Of a stretch of DNA of 64,000 nucleotides, positions 10,884-25,289 are shown piece after piece. Where the stretch lies: the NCBI GenBank assembly GCA_014905635.1, contig JABVCE010000005.1, positions 868,001-932,000 on the forward strand. The letters run 5' to 3'. Each line of letters begins with the position of its first letter. Within the stretch, counting starts at the first letter, position 1. The notes beneath the pieces were generated by a model. It worked only from the letters and a program-made list of their open reading frames with translations. It did not search any database and was not told where the DNA came from. This stretch comes from Scenedesmus sp. PABB004. Taxonomy: Eukaryota. The position numbers were made by a program, and so were the translations under genes.

Positions 10884-13800
10884 ATGGCGCCGCGCTGGCC
10901 GATGCTGATGGAGGTGAAAAGCGAGCGCCGGGCGACGCGCCAGACGCCCGCAGCCTCTCCTGTCTGGACCTCCCCGCTCTCCCGGGACGGCCCGCCGTCG
11001 CTGCCTGGCGTGTCGACGCTCTACGAGAGCTTTCAGTGAGCGGCGGCCAGCCGTCCAGCGCTGCCGCGCGCCCCAGGCGGCCGGCGCGGGGCCCCGCGCA
11101 CTCTGGCCCTGCACGAAAACGCCGCCCCTGCGCTGCCCCGCACCGCCCCGCCGCGCAGGGCGAGCGCCGAGCGCTGGGCGGACAAGCCGTGCCTGGGTCA
11201 CCGCCCCGTGGTCGGCGGCGTGCCGCTCGGCTTCACCTTCATCACCTACGGCGAGGCGGCCGCGCGCGTGGCGCGCCTCGCGGCGGCGTTCAAGGCCCTC
11301 GGGCTGCGCCGCGGCGACAAGGTCTGCATCCTCGGCCCCAACTCCCCCGAGTGGATGATAGGCATGCAGGTGCGCCCCCGGCGCGGCGCGGCGCGGCGGC
11401 CGGCCGGCGCACCCGCCGCCCGCGCGCGGTGCCGGCGCCGCCGGTGGCGGGCGCCGCTGACTCCGCGCTCTCTCTTGTGCACGCGCCAGGCGTGCAACCG
11501 CATGGCCTGCGTCTGCGTGCCCCTCTACGAGACGCTCGGCGAGACGGCGATCGACTACATCCTGGAGCACAGCGAGGCGCGCCTGGTCGTCGTGTCGGGG
11601 GGCCGCCTGGCGCGCGTCGCGGCCGCGCTGCGCGCGGGCGGCCGCGTCGCCGCGCTCGTCTTCTGGGGCGACGCCGCGCCCGCAGACCTCAAGGTGCGGT
11701 GACCGCATGGGGGGGGGGGGGCAGCGCTAGCCAGCAGCGCGGCGGCGCGCCGTGCAGCGCGCAGCCCGACGGCCGCCGCCCCCTGCCCGCGCGCGCAGGC
11801 GGTCGCGGCGGCCGGCGTGCGCGCGCTGAGCTTTGAGCAGGCCGTCGCGCTCGGCGGCGGCCGGCCCGCGGCGCCGGAGCCGCCGCTGCCGGGGGACCTG
11901 TCGACCATCATGTACACGAGCGGCACCACCGGTGCGCGCGCACCCCGGACTTCGAACGGGGGGTCGGCCGCGCCCCACCGGCCCCGGCCAAGGCGCTGCC
12001 CGGCGGCCGGCCAGCGCGCGGCGCGCGGCGCCCAGCGCCACGCCGCCCCGCCGCGCGCCGCGCCGCCGGCGGCAGGCACGCCCAAGGGCGTCATGATCAC
12101 GCACGCGGCGCTCGTGGCCACGATCGCGGGGTGCAACCAGTACCTCGCGAGCTTCGGCGAGACGCTCGGCCCCAACGACTCCTACCTCAGCTTCCTGCCC
12201 CTCGCGCACGTGTTCGACCGGTGCGTGTGCGGCCCGCCCCGCCCGGCGCAGCCGCAGGCGCGCACCCGCCGCCGACCGCGCCGCCGCCGCGGCCGCCGGC
12301 GCGCCGCCGCCGTCTCGCCGGGGCTCAGGCTGGCGGAGGAGTTCATGCTGCACAAGGGCGGCTGCATTGGGTACTGGCAGGGCGAGATTCCCAAGGTCTT
12401 GGACGACATCAAAGCCCTGCGTCCATCCCTGTTCTGCGGCGTGCCCCGCGTGTTCGACCGCATTTACGCCGGCATCAATGAGCAGGTATGGGGGCCGCGC
12501 CGTGCTGCCGCAGCGTGCGCGGCCACGCGCCGAGCGGGCGATCGCGGTCAACCCCGCCCGCCCGCGCCCCCACCCCGTGCCGCAGCTGCGCGCGAGCCCC
12601 CTCAAGTGGCTCGTCTTCCACCTGTGCCTCTGGCACAAGGCGCGCAACATGCGGCGCGGCATCCGCCACGACAAGGTGCGGCGCCCGGCGCCGACGTCCC
12701 ACGCCGGCTGTTGCAACCGTCCCACACCGGCGGCTGTTGCAACCAATTGGCCCCTGCGGTGACGCCCCCGACCTCGCGCGCCGCGGCCGCGCCCCGCAGG
12801 CGTCCCCGCTCGCCGACCTGCTGGCGTTCGGGTCGATCAAGGCCAAGCTCGGCGGCCGCGTGCGCCTCATCCTCAGCGGCGCCGCGCCGCTGGCCACGCG
12901 CGCGCAGGAGTTCCTCTCGGTCGCCATGTGCGCCCCAGTCATCCAGGCGAGGCCCGCCGCGCCGCAGCGCGCGCGGCCCTCGCCGCCGCGCCGCAGCGCG
13001 CGGGCCTCGCCGCCGCGCGCGCCCGCGCCCTGACCGGGCCCTGCCCCCGCCGCGCGCAGGGCTACGGCCTGACCGAGACGTGCGCCGCGTCCAGCATTGC
13101 CGAGCCCTTCCGCTGGGACACCATCGGCACCGTCGGCGCGCCCATGCCGGGTGCGCGCCGCCGCGCCGCCGCTCTGCACGCGCGCGCCGCCCCTCTCTCG
13201 ACGCGCGCGCTCAGCCCGCCGCCCCCGCTGTAGGTGTGGAGGTGCGGCTGGAGGCGGTGCCCGAGATGGGGTACGACCCCGCCGGCGAGCCGCCCGCGGG
13301 CGAGGTGTGCATCCGGGGGCCGGGCCTCTTCTCCGGCTACTTCAAGGAGCCGAAGCTCACCGCCGAGTGCATGGGTGCGCGGCGCGGCCTGGCCGCGCCG
13401 CCGGAGCCAGCCAGCACGCGCCGCGCGAGCAACGCGGTGCACGCGCGCCCCTGTGCTCACCAGCCGCCCGCGCGCCTGGCCCCCGCCCCTGCAGACGCCG
13501 ACGGCTTCTTCCACACCGGCGACATCGCGCGCCTCGTGGGCGGCGGGGCGCTGCAGATCATCGACCGCAAGAAGAACATCTTCAAGCTCAGCCAGGGTGG
13601 GTGGGCACGCAGGGCGCGGCGGCGCCAGCAGCGCGCGGCGGCGCACAGCGCGTGCAGCGGGCCGCGCCGTGGAATGCTGAGCCACCCGCGCCCGCCACCC
13701 CCCCCCCCCCCCCCCCCCACCCACCCACCCACCCCACCCGGCAGGCGAGTACGTCGCGGTGGAGAAGGTCGAGTCGGTGCTGAAGGCCTGCGCCCTGGTG

Positions 13801-14325
13801 GAGCAGGTGTGGGTGTACGGCAACAGCTTCGAGTCATGCCTCGTCGCCGTGGTGGTGCCGGCGGAGAAGGCCATCACCGCCTGGGCCGCCGCGCGCGGGC
13901 TGCCCGCTGACTACCAGGCGCGCCGCGCCGCGCCGCGCGCGCCCGCCAAAGCGACCGCCGCGCACGGCCGGCGCGCCGCCGCGTGCCCGCCCCGCCCGCC
14001 CGCGCGCCTGCCGCCCGCCCACTCCTGGCGTGCGCGCGCGCCGCGCGCCGCGCCCCGCGCGCAGGCCGTGGTCGGCTCGCCCGAGGCGCGCGCGCACGTG
14101 CTGGCGGAGCTGCAGGCGGCGGGGCGGGGCGGCAAGCTGAAGGGCTTTGAGCAGGTCCGCGCGGTCGCGCTCGAGGGCAGCCAGTTCAGCGTCGACAACG
14201 ACCTCATGACCCCCACCTTCAAGCTCAAGCGCCCCCAGCTCCTCAAGCACTACCAGGCCACCGTGGACGCCTTGTACGCGGAGCTGGCCGCCGCGGCGCG
14301 CCCCGCCAAGGCGGCCGCGTTCTGA
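10884..14325 (+). CDS. LACS: Long-chain acyl-CoA synthetase
   Basis: About 13 exons. AMP-binding motif [14 protein letters not shown], plus [48 protein letters not shown] and [13 protein letters not shown]. Confidence 0.95.
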
Positions 14326-14914
14326 GCGGGCGCCCCCGGCCGGCGCCGCGCCCGCCCCGCGGCGCGTCGATCGACGCCGTGAACCCAACCCGCCAAGCAG
14401 CGCGCGGCCGGCTGGATTTAGGCGGCGCGCTGTGGCCACCGCCATGAGCACTGGCAAGGCCGGCAGCAGCGCGTCGCGTGATCCCTTCTTCCTCCTGACG
14501 GCGCGTCACTGCCTCGTGCACGGGTTGGTGTCGCCGCTGACAGCGCTGAGAGTACTGCGCAGCGGCAGCACTGGTTTGGTTTGTATCCCTTTTCACCGCT
14601 GCTGCACAAGCAGCAAGGCCGCCGCCGCTCCCAGGCGGCGGCGCGCCAAGGGTTGGTGTGACGACCAGGGTTTGGGACGCCGCATGCGTCGGCGCCGCGG
14701 CGGGCGCTCGTCAATCAAACCGCCGCTCCTGACCAGCCCACGCAGTTGCCGCCCACCGCTCGCTCGCCAGCTCAGAGCGGGCCGAGCAGCTCGCCTCACT
14801 CGTTTGCGGCAGCAGCAGCAGCGGCGGCGGCGTGCCGGCCCGCCGCGGCGGCCAGGAGCCGGGCCGAGCCCTCGCAGCCCGTCACCGCAGTCAAAGGTCT
14901 CTCATCTGGCAGCC

Positions 14915-17185
<2,271 letters not shown>

Positions 17186-17908
17186 GGAGGAGGCGGCAGG
17201 GCAGGGCGGCGCGCGGCGTGGGGCGCCGGTGGGCTATGAAACAGGGAGGGCAGGCCACCACAGCGCCGCCAGACCGGCGGCGCGAGTCCGGGGCGGGCGC
17301 TAGCGCAGCGGCGGGCGCGCGGCGCAGCCCCGTCGCAAAGCCCCGTGCGAGAGCCGCGCCGCTCGAGCTGGTCCCTGGCTCAGCGGTGGGCAGCGCCCCC
17401 ACCAGCGTGCCGGGAATCAGCTCGCCACCCCGCCTGCCGAGGCGGCAACAGCTCGTCGTCCTGCGAGCGCTCGGCCACCCCCACGCTCGGCAGCCGCAGG
17501 TGCGCGCGCTGTTGTCTCAGCGCCACGGCGTGCGGCGCGCCTGAGCAGCGGCGCAGCGGCCCGGCGCGGCCCCCGCACGCGCGGCCAGGGCAGTTTGCGA
17601 TGGCGCAGCAGCAGCAGCCCTGCAGCCAGGGGGGGCCCAGCGCGTGGTCTGGAGCGCTGCGCGTTCAGGGTGGCGCGCGGGCAGCCGGGGCAGCCGATTG
17701 GTCACACACGGCCGCGCGCGCCGCCAACCGCAGCAGCAGCGCTCGCTGCTGCGGCGCACCGCACAGGCACCCGCACCTGCCGCCGGGCCGGCTTGCCGCA
17801 GCACCCCCTGCAGGCCCCCAGCAAGCGCACCAGCGCCGCCACTGACGGCCCCGCACCGCGCGCCCGCGCCGCGCAGCGCAGCGCGCGCCCAGCGGGCCCG
17901 CCGCCGCG

Positions 17909-20900
17909 ATGTCGCACATGAGCGAGCTCGGGCAGCTCTTCTCCAAGTCCACGACCGCAATCTTTTTCAACTACAAGGAGAAGCCCGTGCAGCGCATGCT
18001 CGACTTTGACTTCCTCTGCGGTGCGCCGCGCCGCCCGCGACGCACGCCCCGCCGCACGGGCCGGCAGCGCGCCGCCGCGCGCCGCGCCGCGAGCGCCGGC
18101 CGCCCGCGCAGGCCGCACCACGCCGAGCGTCGCGTGCATCGTGCAGCCCGGCTCCAAGGGCGGCTTCCAGAAGGTCTTCTTCGGCGACGAGGAGATTGCG
18201 ATCCCGGTGTACGGCAGGTGTGGGACTCGCCCCGCGCGCGCCGCAGCACGGCAGCCGCCCCGCGGGCGCGCTGCGGCTGCCGCGGCGCGACGGCCGCATG
18301 GCCCGGCGCGAACCGTGCTGCCGCGCCGCGCAGCACGACCGAGGCGGCCAGGAAGCACCCCAAGGCCGACGTCTTTGTCAACTATGCCTCCTTCCGCAGG
18401 TGCGCGGCGCGGGCCGCCCCACGGCGGCAGCAATGGCGGCGCACGCCCGCCGCGCCGTGCGCGCCTGCTGCGCCCGCTCACCGCCGCGCCGCCGCGCCGC
18501 CGCGCCGGCGCGCAGCGCGTTTGAGTCGACCATGGAAGCGCTCGCGACCGCGACGGTGCGCGTCGCCGCGGTCATCGCGGAGGGCGTGCCCGAGAAGGAC
18601 ACGAAGCGCCTGATCGCGTTTGCCCAGGCCAACAACAAGGTCATCATCGGCCCCGCGACCGTCGGCGGTGTGCAGGTGCGCGGCCGAGAGGCGCGCGCCC
18701 CCGCCGCTGCCCACCAGCGCCGCGCTGCCCGCCCACACGGCCCGCCGCCGCCAACCCACCGCCCACACGGCCTGCCGCCGCCAACCCGCCGCCCGCACGC
18801 CCCGCCGCCCGCCGCCCGCCGCCCGCTGCCGGCCAGGCGGGCGCGTTCAAGATCGGCGACACCGCGGGCACGCTCGACAACATCATCGCCTGCAAGCTCT
18901 ACCGCCCCGGCTCCGTCGGCTTTGTCTCCAAGAGCGGCGGCATGAGCAACGAGCTGTACAACGTCCTCTCGCGCGCGACAGACGGACTTTACGAGGGTGC
19001 GCCCCCCCGCGCCGCCGCCGCGCCGCGCCACGCCGCGCCACGCCGCGGGTCGGGGCAGGCGCCCCCCGGCCCGCACCGCGCCCGCCCCACCGCGCCCCGC
19101 GACGCGCGCGCCCCGCCAGGCATCGCGATCGGCGGCGACACGTTCCCCGGGTCGACGCTGAGCGACCACTGCGTGCGCTACCAGAACATCCCGGCCATCA
19201 AGATGATCGTCGTGCTCGGCGAGCTCGGCGGCGCCGACGAGTACAGCCTCGTCGCGGCGCTCAAGGACGGTGCGCGGCGGGCGCTGCGCCTGCGGCTGTG
19301 GGGGCCGGCGGTGGGTGCGGTGGGGAGCGTGCGTGTGGGCGAGCGAGCGTGTGTGGGCGAGCGAGTGCGGCGATGGTCAGGGCGTCGTCGACTATGCCGT
19401 GCGGCGTCATGAGGAGGAGGACATCCTGATCACGCCGCACGGCACAGTCGGTGACATCCGGACCGCCATCAGGCCGCGACCCGTTGCGTGTGTGGTGGGG
19501 GGGTGCGTGTGTGGGTGGTGGGTGGGCAGGCACGTACGGGAGGAGGCGCAGGGCGGTGGCGGCGGCCGCTGCCAGCGCGCGCCCTCGCCCACGCCGCCGC
19601 CGCAGGCAAGGTCACCAAGCCCGTGGTCGCCTGGGTGAGCGGCACGTGCGCCAAGCTGTTCAAGAGCGAGGTCCAGTTTGGCCACGCCGGCGCGCGCAGC
19701 ACGGGCGAGAGCGACAGCGCGCAGGTGCGGCGCGGCAGGGAGGCCAGGGGCGCGCGGCCGCGGACGCGCCTCGCCCCGCTGCCGCGAGCGCGCGCGCCGC
19801 CGCTCCTCCGCCCGCCGCGCCGCGCAGGCCAAGAACGCGGCGCTGGCGGCGGCGGGCGCGGTCGTGCCGGAGAGCTTTGAGGGCCTCGAGGCCGCGGTGC
19901 GCGACACCTTCAACAAGTGAGCGGCTGCCCGCCGCCGCCGCGCGCACGCGCCGGGTGGCGTCCCGGCTCACCGCGCCCCGCCGCGCCGCGGCCCTGCTCA
20001 CCGCGCCCCGCCGCGCCGCGCCGCGCCGCCAGGCTGGTCGCGGACGGCGTGCTCGTGCCGCAGCCCGACATCGCGGTGCCCGAGATCCCCATGGACCTCG
20101 CGACCGCGGTCAAGCTCAAGAAGGCGCGCGCGCGCGCGCCGGGGGGGGGGGGGGGGCGCACGCTGCGCGGCGACGCCGGCACGACCGCCTGCGCACTCAC
20201 GCGCGCCTGCGCACTCACGCCGCGCGCTCTGCACGCCGCGCGCGCACCGCCCCGCAGGTGCGCAAGCCGACCAACGTGGTGTCCACGATCTGCGACGACC
20301 GCGGCGAGGAGCCGACGTACTACGGCGTGACCATGAGCGAGCTGATCGAGGAGGAGTACGGCGTCGGCGACGTGCTCAGCCTGCTCTGGTTCAAGCGCAA
20401 GCTCCCCAAGTACGCGACCAAGTTCATGGAGATGTGAGAGGGTCGCGAGAGAGGGAGGGAGGGAGGGAGAGCGGGGCGCGGCGCAGGCGGCAGCGGGCGC
20501 GGCGCCGGCGCCCCTTGCCCGCCGCCGACCTCGCGCGGCGCGCGGCCCGCAGGTGCATCATGCTGTGCGCCGACCACGGGCCGTGCGTGTCGGGCGCGCA
20601 CAACGCGATCGTGACGAGCCGCGCGGGCAAGGACCTGGTGTCCTGCCTCGTCAGCGGCCTGCTCACGATCGGCCCCCGCTTCGGCGGCGCCATCGACGAC
20701 GCCGCGCGGTGCGGCGGCCGGGCGTGTCGCGCCGCGCCGCGCGCCGCCCGCCGCCCGCCGCCCGCCGCCCGCCGCCCGCCGCCCGCGCCGCCGCGCGGCC
20801 CCGCGCCGCGCCGCGCCACCCCTCCACGCTGCCACGCCGGCGCCGCGCGCAGGTGCTTCAAGCGCGCCGTGGACGAGGGCCTGGCGGCGCCCGAGTTTGT

Positions 20901-21697
20901 GGAGGGCCTCAAGCGCCAGGGCAAGCGCGTGCCGGGCATCGGGCACCGCATCAAGTCCAAGGACAACCGCGACAAGCGCGTGGAGCTGCTGCAGGACTAC
21001 GCGCGCAAGGTGGGGGGCGGGCTGTGACGACTGGCGCGCACACCGGCGGGCGTGCAGATGGGGGCATGCGGCGGCGCGGCGGCTGGCCCACGCACACGCT
21101 CACGCGCCCCGCCGCCCCCTCTCTCCCTCCCTCCCTCCCTCCCTCCCTCCATGCGTGCCCCCGGCGCCCTGCGCCCTCAGTTCTTCCCGGGCCACAAGCA
21201 CCTCGACTACGCGCTCACGGTCGAGGAGTACACGCTGGCCAAGGCGGCCAACCTGGTGCTCAACGTCGACGGCTGCATCGCGGCGCTCTTCCTCGACCTC
21301 CTCTACTCCAGCGGCGCCTTCACGCCCGCAGAGGCGCGCACAGCGGCGGCGGCGGCGGCGGCGCGCCTCGCGCCCCGCACCGCGCACACACACACATGCG
21401 CACCCACGCGCACGCGGCCACGCGCGCACACTCACGCAGCCACACCCGCGCACGCACACCCATGCACGCCGCGCGCACCGCAGATGTCTGACATCATCGC
21501 CGTGGGCTACCTGAACGGCCTCTTTGTGCTCGCGCGCAGCATCGGCCTCATCGGCCACGCGCTCGACCAGAAGCGCCTCGCGCAGCCCCTCTACCGCCAC
21601 CCCTGGGAGGACGTGCTCTGTGAGGCGGCGCCGCGCCGCGCGCGCGCGGCGGGGCGCAGGCCGGCAGGGGCTGGCGCGCGCGCGCGCGCACACGGGG

Positions 21698-21728
<31 letters not shown>

Positions 21729-21792
21729 GGCCGGCCCGCCGCTGACCCGCGCTCCTGCCGTCGCTGGCCGCCTGCACGCAGACACGCGCTGA
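17909..21792 (+). CDS. ACLB: ATP-citrate lyase subunit B
   Basis: About 15 exons. Motifs [53 protein letters not shown] (phospho-His), [26 protein letters not shown] and [11 protein letters not shown]. Confidence 0.96.
19375..19464 (+). ncRNA. Long intronic stem-loop (pre-miRNA-like) in ACLB intron 19270-19605
   Basis: Perfect 13-bp inverted repeat TGCCGTGCGGCGT (19395-19407) / ACGCCGCACGGCA (19432-19444). It extends outward with G-U pairs and few mismatches to 19375/19464, and inward via ATGAGGA/TCCTGAT. Confidence 0.5.
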
Positions 21793-21855
21793 GGTGCGGC
21801 TGTCGGCTGGCTGGCTGGCGCGGCGCGGGCGGTCGCGGCGCGTTGCGCGCACCGC

Positions 21856-21860
21856 TGTAA
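21856..21860 (+). terminator. Chlorophyte TGTAA polyadenylation signal of ACLB
   Basis: TGTAA 64 nt after the stop codon. A second TGTAA lies at 31318-31322, downstream of ATG18. Confidence 0.5.
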
Positions 21861-22522
21861 CTCCCCAGTGTGTCTGGCCCCGCGCGAGCGCCTCTCTGGC
21901 GCCTCGCTGTTACTCGCGCGTGCGCGCCGCTCACATGCCGCCGTTGGTTCCCACCTGACCTGCCTGCTGCTTACTACTTCAACTCTAGCTAGCTACCTGG
22001 CTAGCTAGGCTCGAACGCGCGCGCGCGATGCCTGACCTAGGAACCTGACCTATAGGCCTAGGGATGCGCTGCCGCCTGTGCACCTGACCTGACTGTGCTG
22101 CTGCCTGCACACATGCCCCCTCCTCGTGCCCCGCCGGCGCCAGCGCCGCAGCGCCAGCAAAGAACCTGCACGCGCGCAGCGCGTGGAATGACCCGCCGGC
22201 CCCCGGCCGTTCCAGGCCCAACACCCAGCACAGAGCGCAGGCCGAGACCTAGGTGCAGTGCGTCGCCTCCGGCCGCCGCCTCGGGGCCGCGTCCGTGCGC
22301 GTTCACGTTTAGGGTGCAAGTGCTGTGCGTGGCGTTCTGAGCCCCCGTGCCAATGAGAGATGCCCGCGCGTGGCGTGGCCGCCCCGCGCACGCGCGCGCG
22401 CGCGCGCCCCGCCACCGGCGGGCTGGCCGCGGCCAGCCCCGTGTTTCGTTTGCGCACCGCGCTCCCCCCTGACTGAGTCGCTCTCGCACGTAGCATATCT
22501 ACTGCACCGCACCGCGGGTCGG

Positions 22523-24135
22523 TCAGGGCTGCGCGGCCGGCGCGCGGCGCGCGGCGCGCGGCGCGCGCACGGCGCGGCGGCCGCCGGTGTCGCAGAAGAC
22601 ATCCAGGTACCAACCGTCTGGCGCGGCGCAGTACGCCTCGGCGTAGCCGTCAGGGCTGCCGTTGGCGCACGTGCCGTAGCACACGTCGCCGTCGGCGCCG
22701 TCGGCGCACACGCCGTCGCCGGCGGCCCAGTCGCCCGCGGCCGGGTCGGCCGGGGGCGGGCCGGGGCACACGACGTCGCCGCCGCCGCCGCCCGTCGGGA
22801 GGCAGTCGTCGTAGACCTCCCACCCGGCCGCGCCGCAGACCGCCTCGACCGTGCCGTCGTAGCCGGCGGCGCAGGTGGAGTCGCACACGTCGTCGGCCGC
22901 GCCGTCGGCGCAGCCGGCAAAGGGGCGTACGAGGCGCCGTCCGGGGGCGAGCCGGGGCACTGCGCGGCCGCGGCGGCCGCGCAGGTGTTGGACACCGCCC
23001 AGCCCGCGTCGGAGCACGTCGCCGACACCGTGCCGTCGTAGCCCGGCGCGCACGCGGCCGCGCAGGTCGCGCCGAGCGCGGCGTCGGCGCAGGGCGCGTC
23101 CCACGCGCCGGCGTTGGCGCCCGCGCTCGGCGCGCCGGGGCACGCGGGGCCGGCCGCGGGGACGCACGCGCCCGTCACGGCCCAGGCGCCGGGCGCGGTG
23201 CAGGTCGCGACCACGCCGCCAGTGCCGGGGGCGGGCTTGAAGCCGTCGCGGCACGCGGCGCTGCAGCGGCGCCCGACCTTGGCGTGCTTGGGGCACTTGG
23301 CGAAGGGCTGCGCGTTGGCCGCGGCGGGGGGCGACGACGCGCACTTGCCGTGGCCGCCGGTGGAGCCGCCGCCGCCGCCGCCGGTGGAGCCGCCGCCGCC
23401 GGTGGAGCCACCGCCAGTGCCATTGGAGCCACCGCCTGTGCCGCTGGCGCCCGTGCCGACGCACGCCGCGCGCGCGATCGCGCCGCCCGTGGAGTTGAAG
23501 CCCGCGGGGCAGGCAAAGCACTCGCAGAACCCGGCCCGGCTGCAGGTCGGCGGCGGCTGGCAGTCGGGGGTCGGCGTCCAGCGCCGGTGGCAGAAGCTCG
23601 GCTTGTTGAAGTACCACGATGCCGCGCTGTGCGCCGCGCCCGCGCCCGCGCCCGCGCCGCCAAAGGACACGGCCGCGGCGGCCGTCGTGGCGGCCGCGCC
23701 GCCCGCGGCGCTGGCCGACCGCCGCCACTTGACGCTCGGGCAGGTCGGCGGCGCGGTCGGCAGGGCGCCGGACGCGGGGCTCACCCAGGAGCCGTAGCCA
23801 GGCGCGCAGCCTGCGGCGGGCGGGCGAGCGATGGTGGAGGGGTGAGAAACGGCGGGGGGCGACGACGGGCGGGACCAACCCGCGGGCGTCAGCTGCCCGC
23901 CGCCCAACAGCGCGCGGGGCAGCCGCGTCCGCCCACCGCAGGTGCCGTCGCCCAGTGGAGCATAGCCGGCCGCGCAGGCGGTGCAGCGGGCGGGGTTCCA
24001 GTCGTCGCAGGTCTCGCAGCCGGGCACGTAGCAGCGGCGCTTGTACCAGCCGTGGGGCTTCCAGTACGTCGCGCTCGCCGACCCAGCCGCCGCCGCGGCC
24101 ACCAGGAGGGCCAGGGCCACGGCGGCGCGCGCCAT
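22523..24135 (-). CDS. Secreted Cys-rich protein with furin-like N-terminal segment and 4 sushi/CCP-like repeats; one apparent frameshift
   Basis: Signal peptide [22 protein letters not shown] and an in-frame intron at 23811-23936. Repeats of the form CPGxP...C...C...C..GYDG....C...GW....C continue across a frame change at 22922-22925. Confidence 0.72.
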
Positions 24136-24767
24136 GGGTGGAGGGCTCGGTGGGGAGCGGGCTTAGCTGGGCGGCGGGAGCGATCTGCGGCCGGGCAGCG
24201 GGCGGCGCGGCTCAGCAGCCCCGCTGATGGCGGTCGCCCGCGCGCCCAATCGCGCCGGCGCGCGGCTGATTTGGACGGCCCCGCTGCGGCGCGTCTCGAT
24301 CTACCGCTGCACAGGCGGCTGCGCCGCGGGCGACCCCGCCTCAGCGCGCTCCCAGGGGCGCTCCCCAGCTCAAACGCCGCGTGCGCCCCCGCCGCGCCCC
24401 CGCGCAGCGCGCTCACCCGCCAAGGCTGCGGACGGTGATACTGTGGGTTTGGGACCCGTGGGGCGTCGCGCCGCCCTAAATAGGGGCCGCAGGAAGGCGG
24501 GGTCACCCGCCAGGGGTTCAGGCACCGGGCATGCCAGAATTGGCTCTGCGCGGCGTGCCGGCCCCCGATCGGCAGTGCGCTGCGCGAGAGCTGTCGTGAG
24601 AGTCCCGATCTGGCGATGCGACCGGCCGGAGAGGCTGGGGGCGCCGCGCGACCAACAGGCAGCGGCGGCAGCTGCCGGTGACGCCGCGCCCCGCCGGCGG
24701 GCCACCCCCAACGGGGAGGCGGCGATTGCCAGGGGGTCGGCCAGGGAGGCGAGCAGCCTGAGGCTCC

Positions 24768-25289
24768 AGCGTACGGCTGGTGCGGCCGGCCGCCGCCGCA
24801 TGGCGCGCTCGCCACGCTCGCAGCCACCGTGGACGTCCGCAGCGCGCTGCCCTCGCAGCGGCGTCCTCGGCGCCCCGGGCCAGCCCCGCCGAGCTCGCGG
24901 CGGCGGGCGTCGCGGCGCACAACGCGGCGCTGCCGCCGCCGCCCGTGGGCACCTGCGCGCGCGGCGCCAGCGGCCGCGTGCCGCTGCTCGGCTTTGACGG
25001 CCGCCCCCTGCTGCTGACCGAGGCGGCGCCGGTGCCGCTCGACAGCGACGGCGCGGCGGTCACGGGCCTGCGCAGCGAGCAGCTCGCGCTGCTGCTGGGC
25101 GCGCGCGGCTGACGGACCTGCCTCGATCGGCTGCCGAGAGCCGGGCGCGCGCGGCGCGGACGGCGAGCTGTCCCTGCCCCCATGGTGGACGCAGCAGACT
25201 ATGGGCAGCACAGCGCGGCCAGCCTGGGCGGCGGTCGGCGGCAGCAGCCGCGGCCAGGCAGGGCGAGCGGCGGCCACGAGCGCGCGCGG
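24768..25289 (+). pseudogene. Inverted, degenerate, internally deleted copy of the 3' half of the gene at 31592-35854
   Basis: Matches the reverse complement of about 33285-32882 (ASPAELAAAGVAAHNAALP...LLGFDGRPLLLTEAAP) joined to about 31867-31717 (EPGARGADG..LSLP..DAADYGQ). It carries indels and an in-frame stop at 25110-25112. Confidence 0.8.

Noticed and set aside
13698..13740. Long G or C homopolymers (also near 4422, 6841, 11708, 20141)
   Set aside because: They lie in introns or intergenic DNA, are expected at this composition, and their lengths are unreliable in assemblies.
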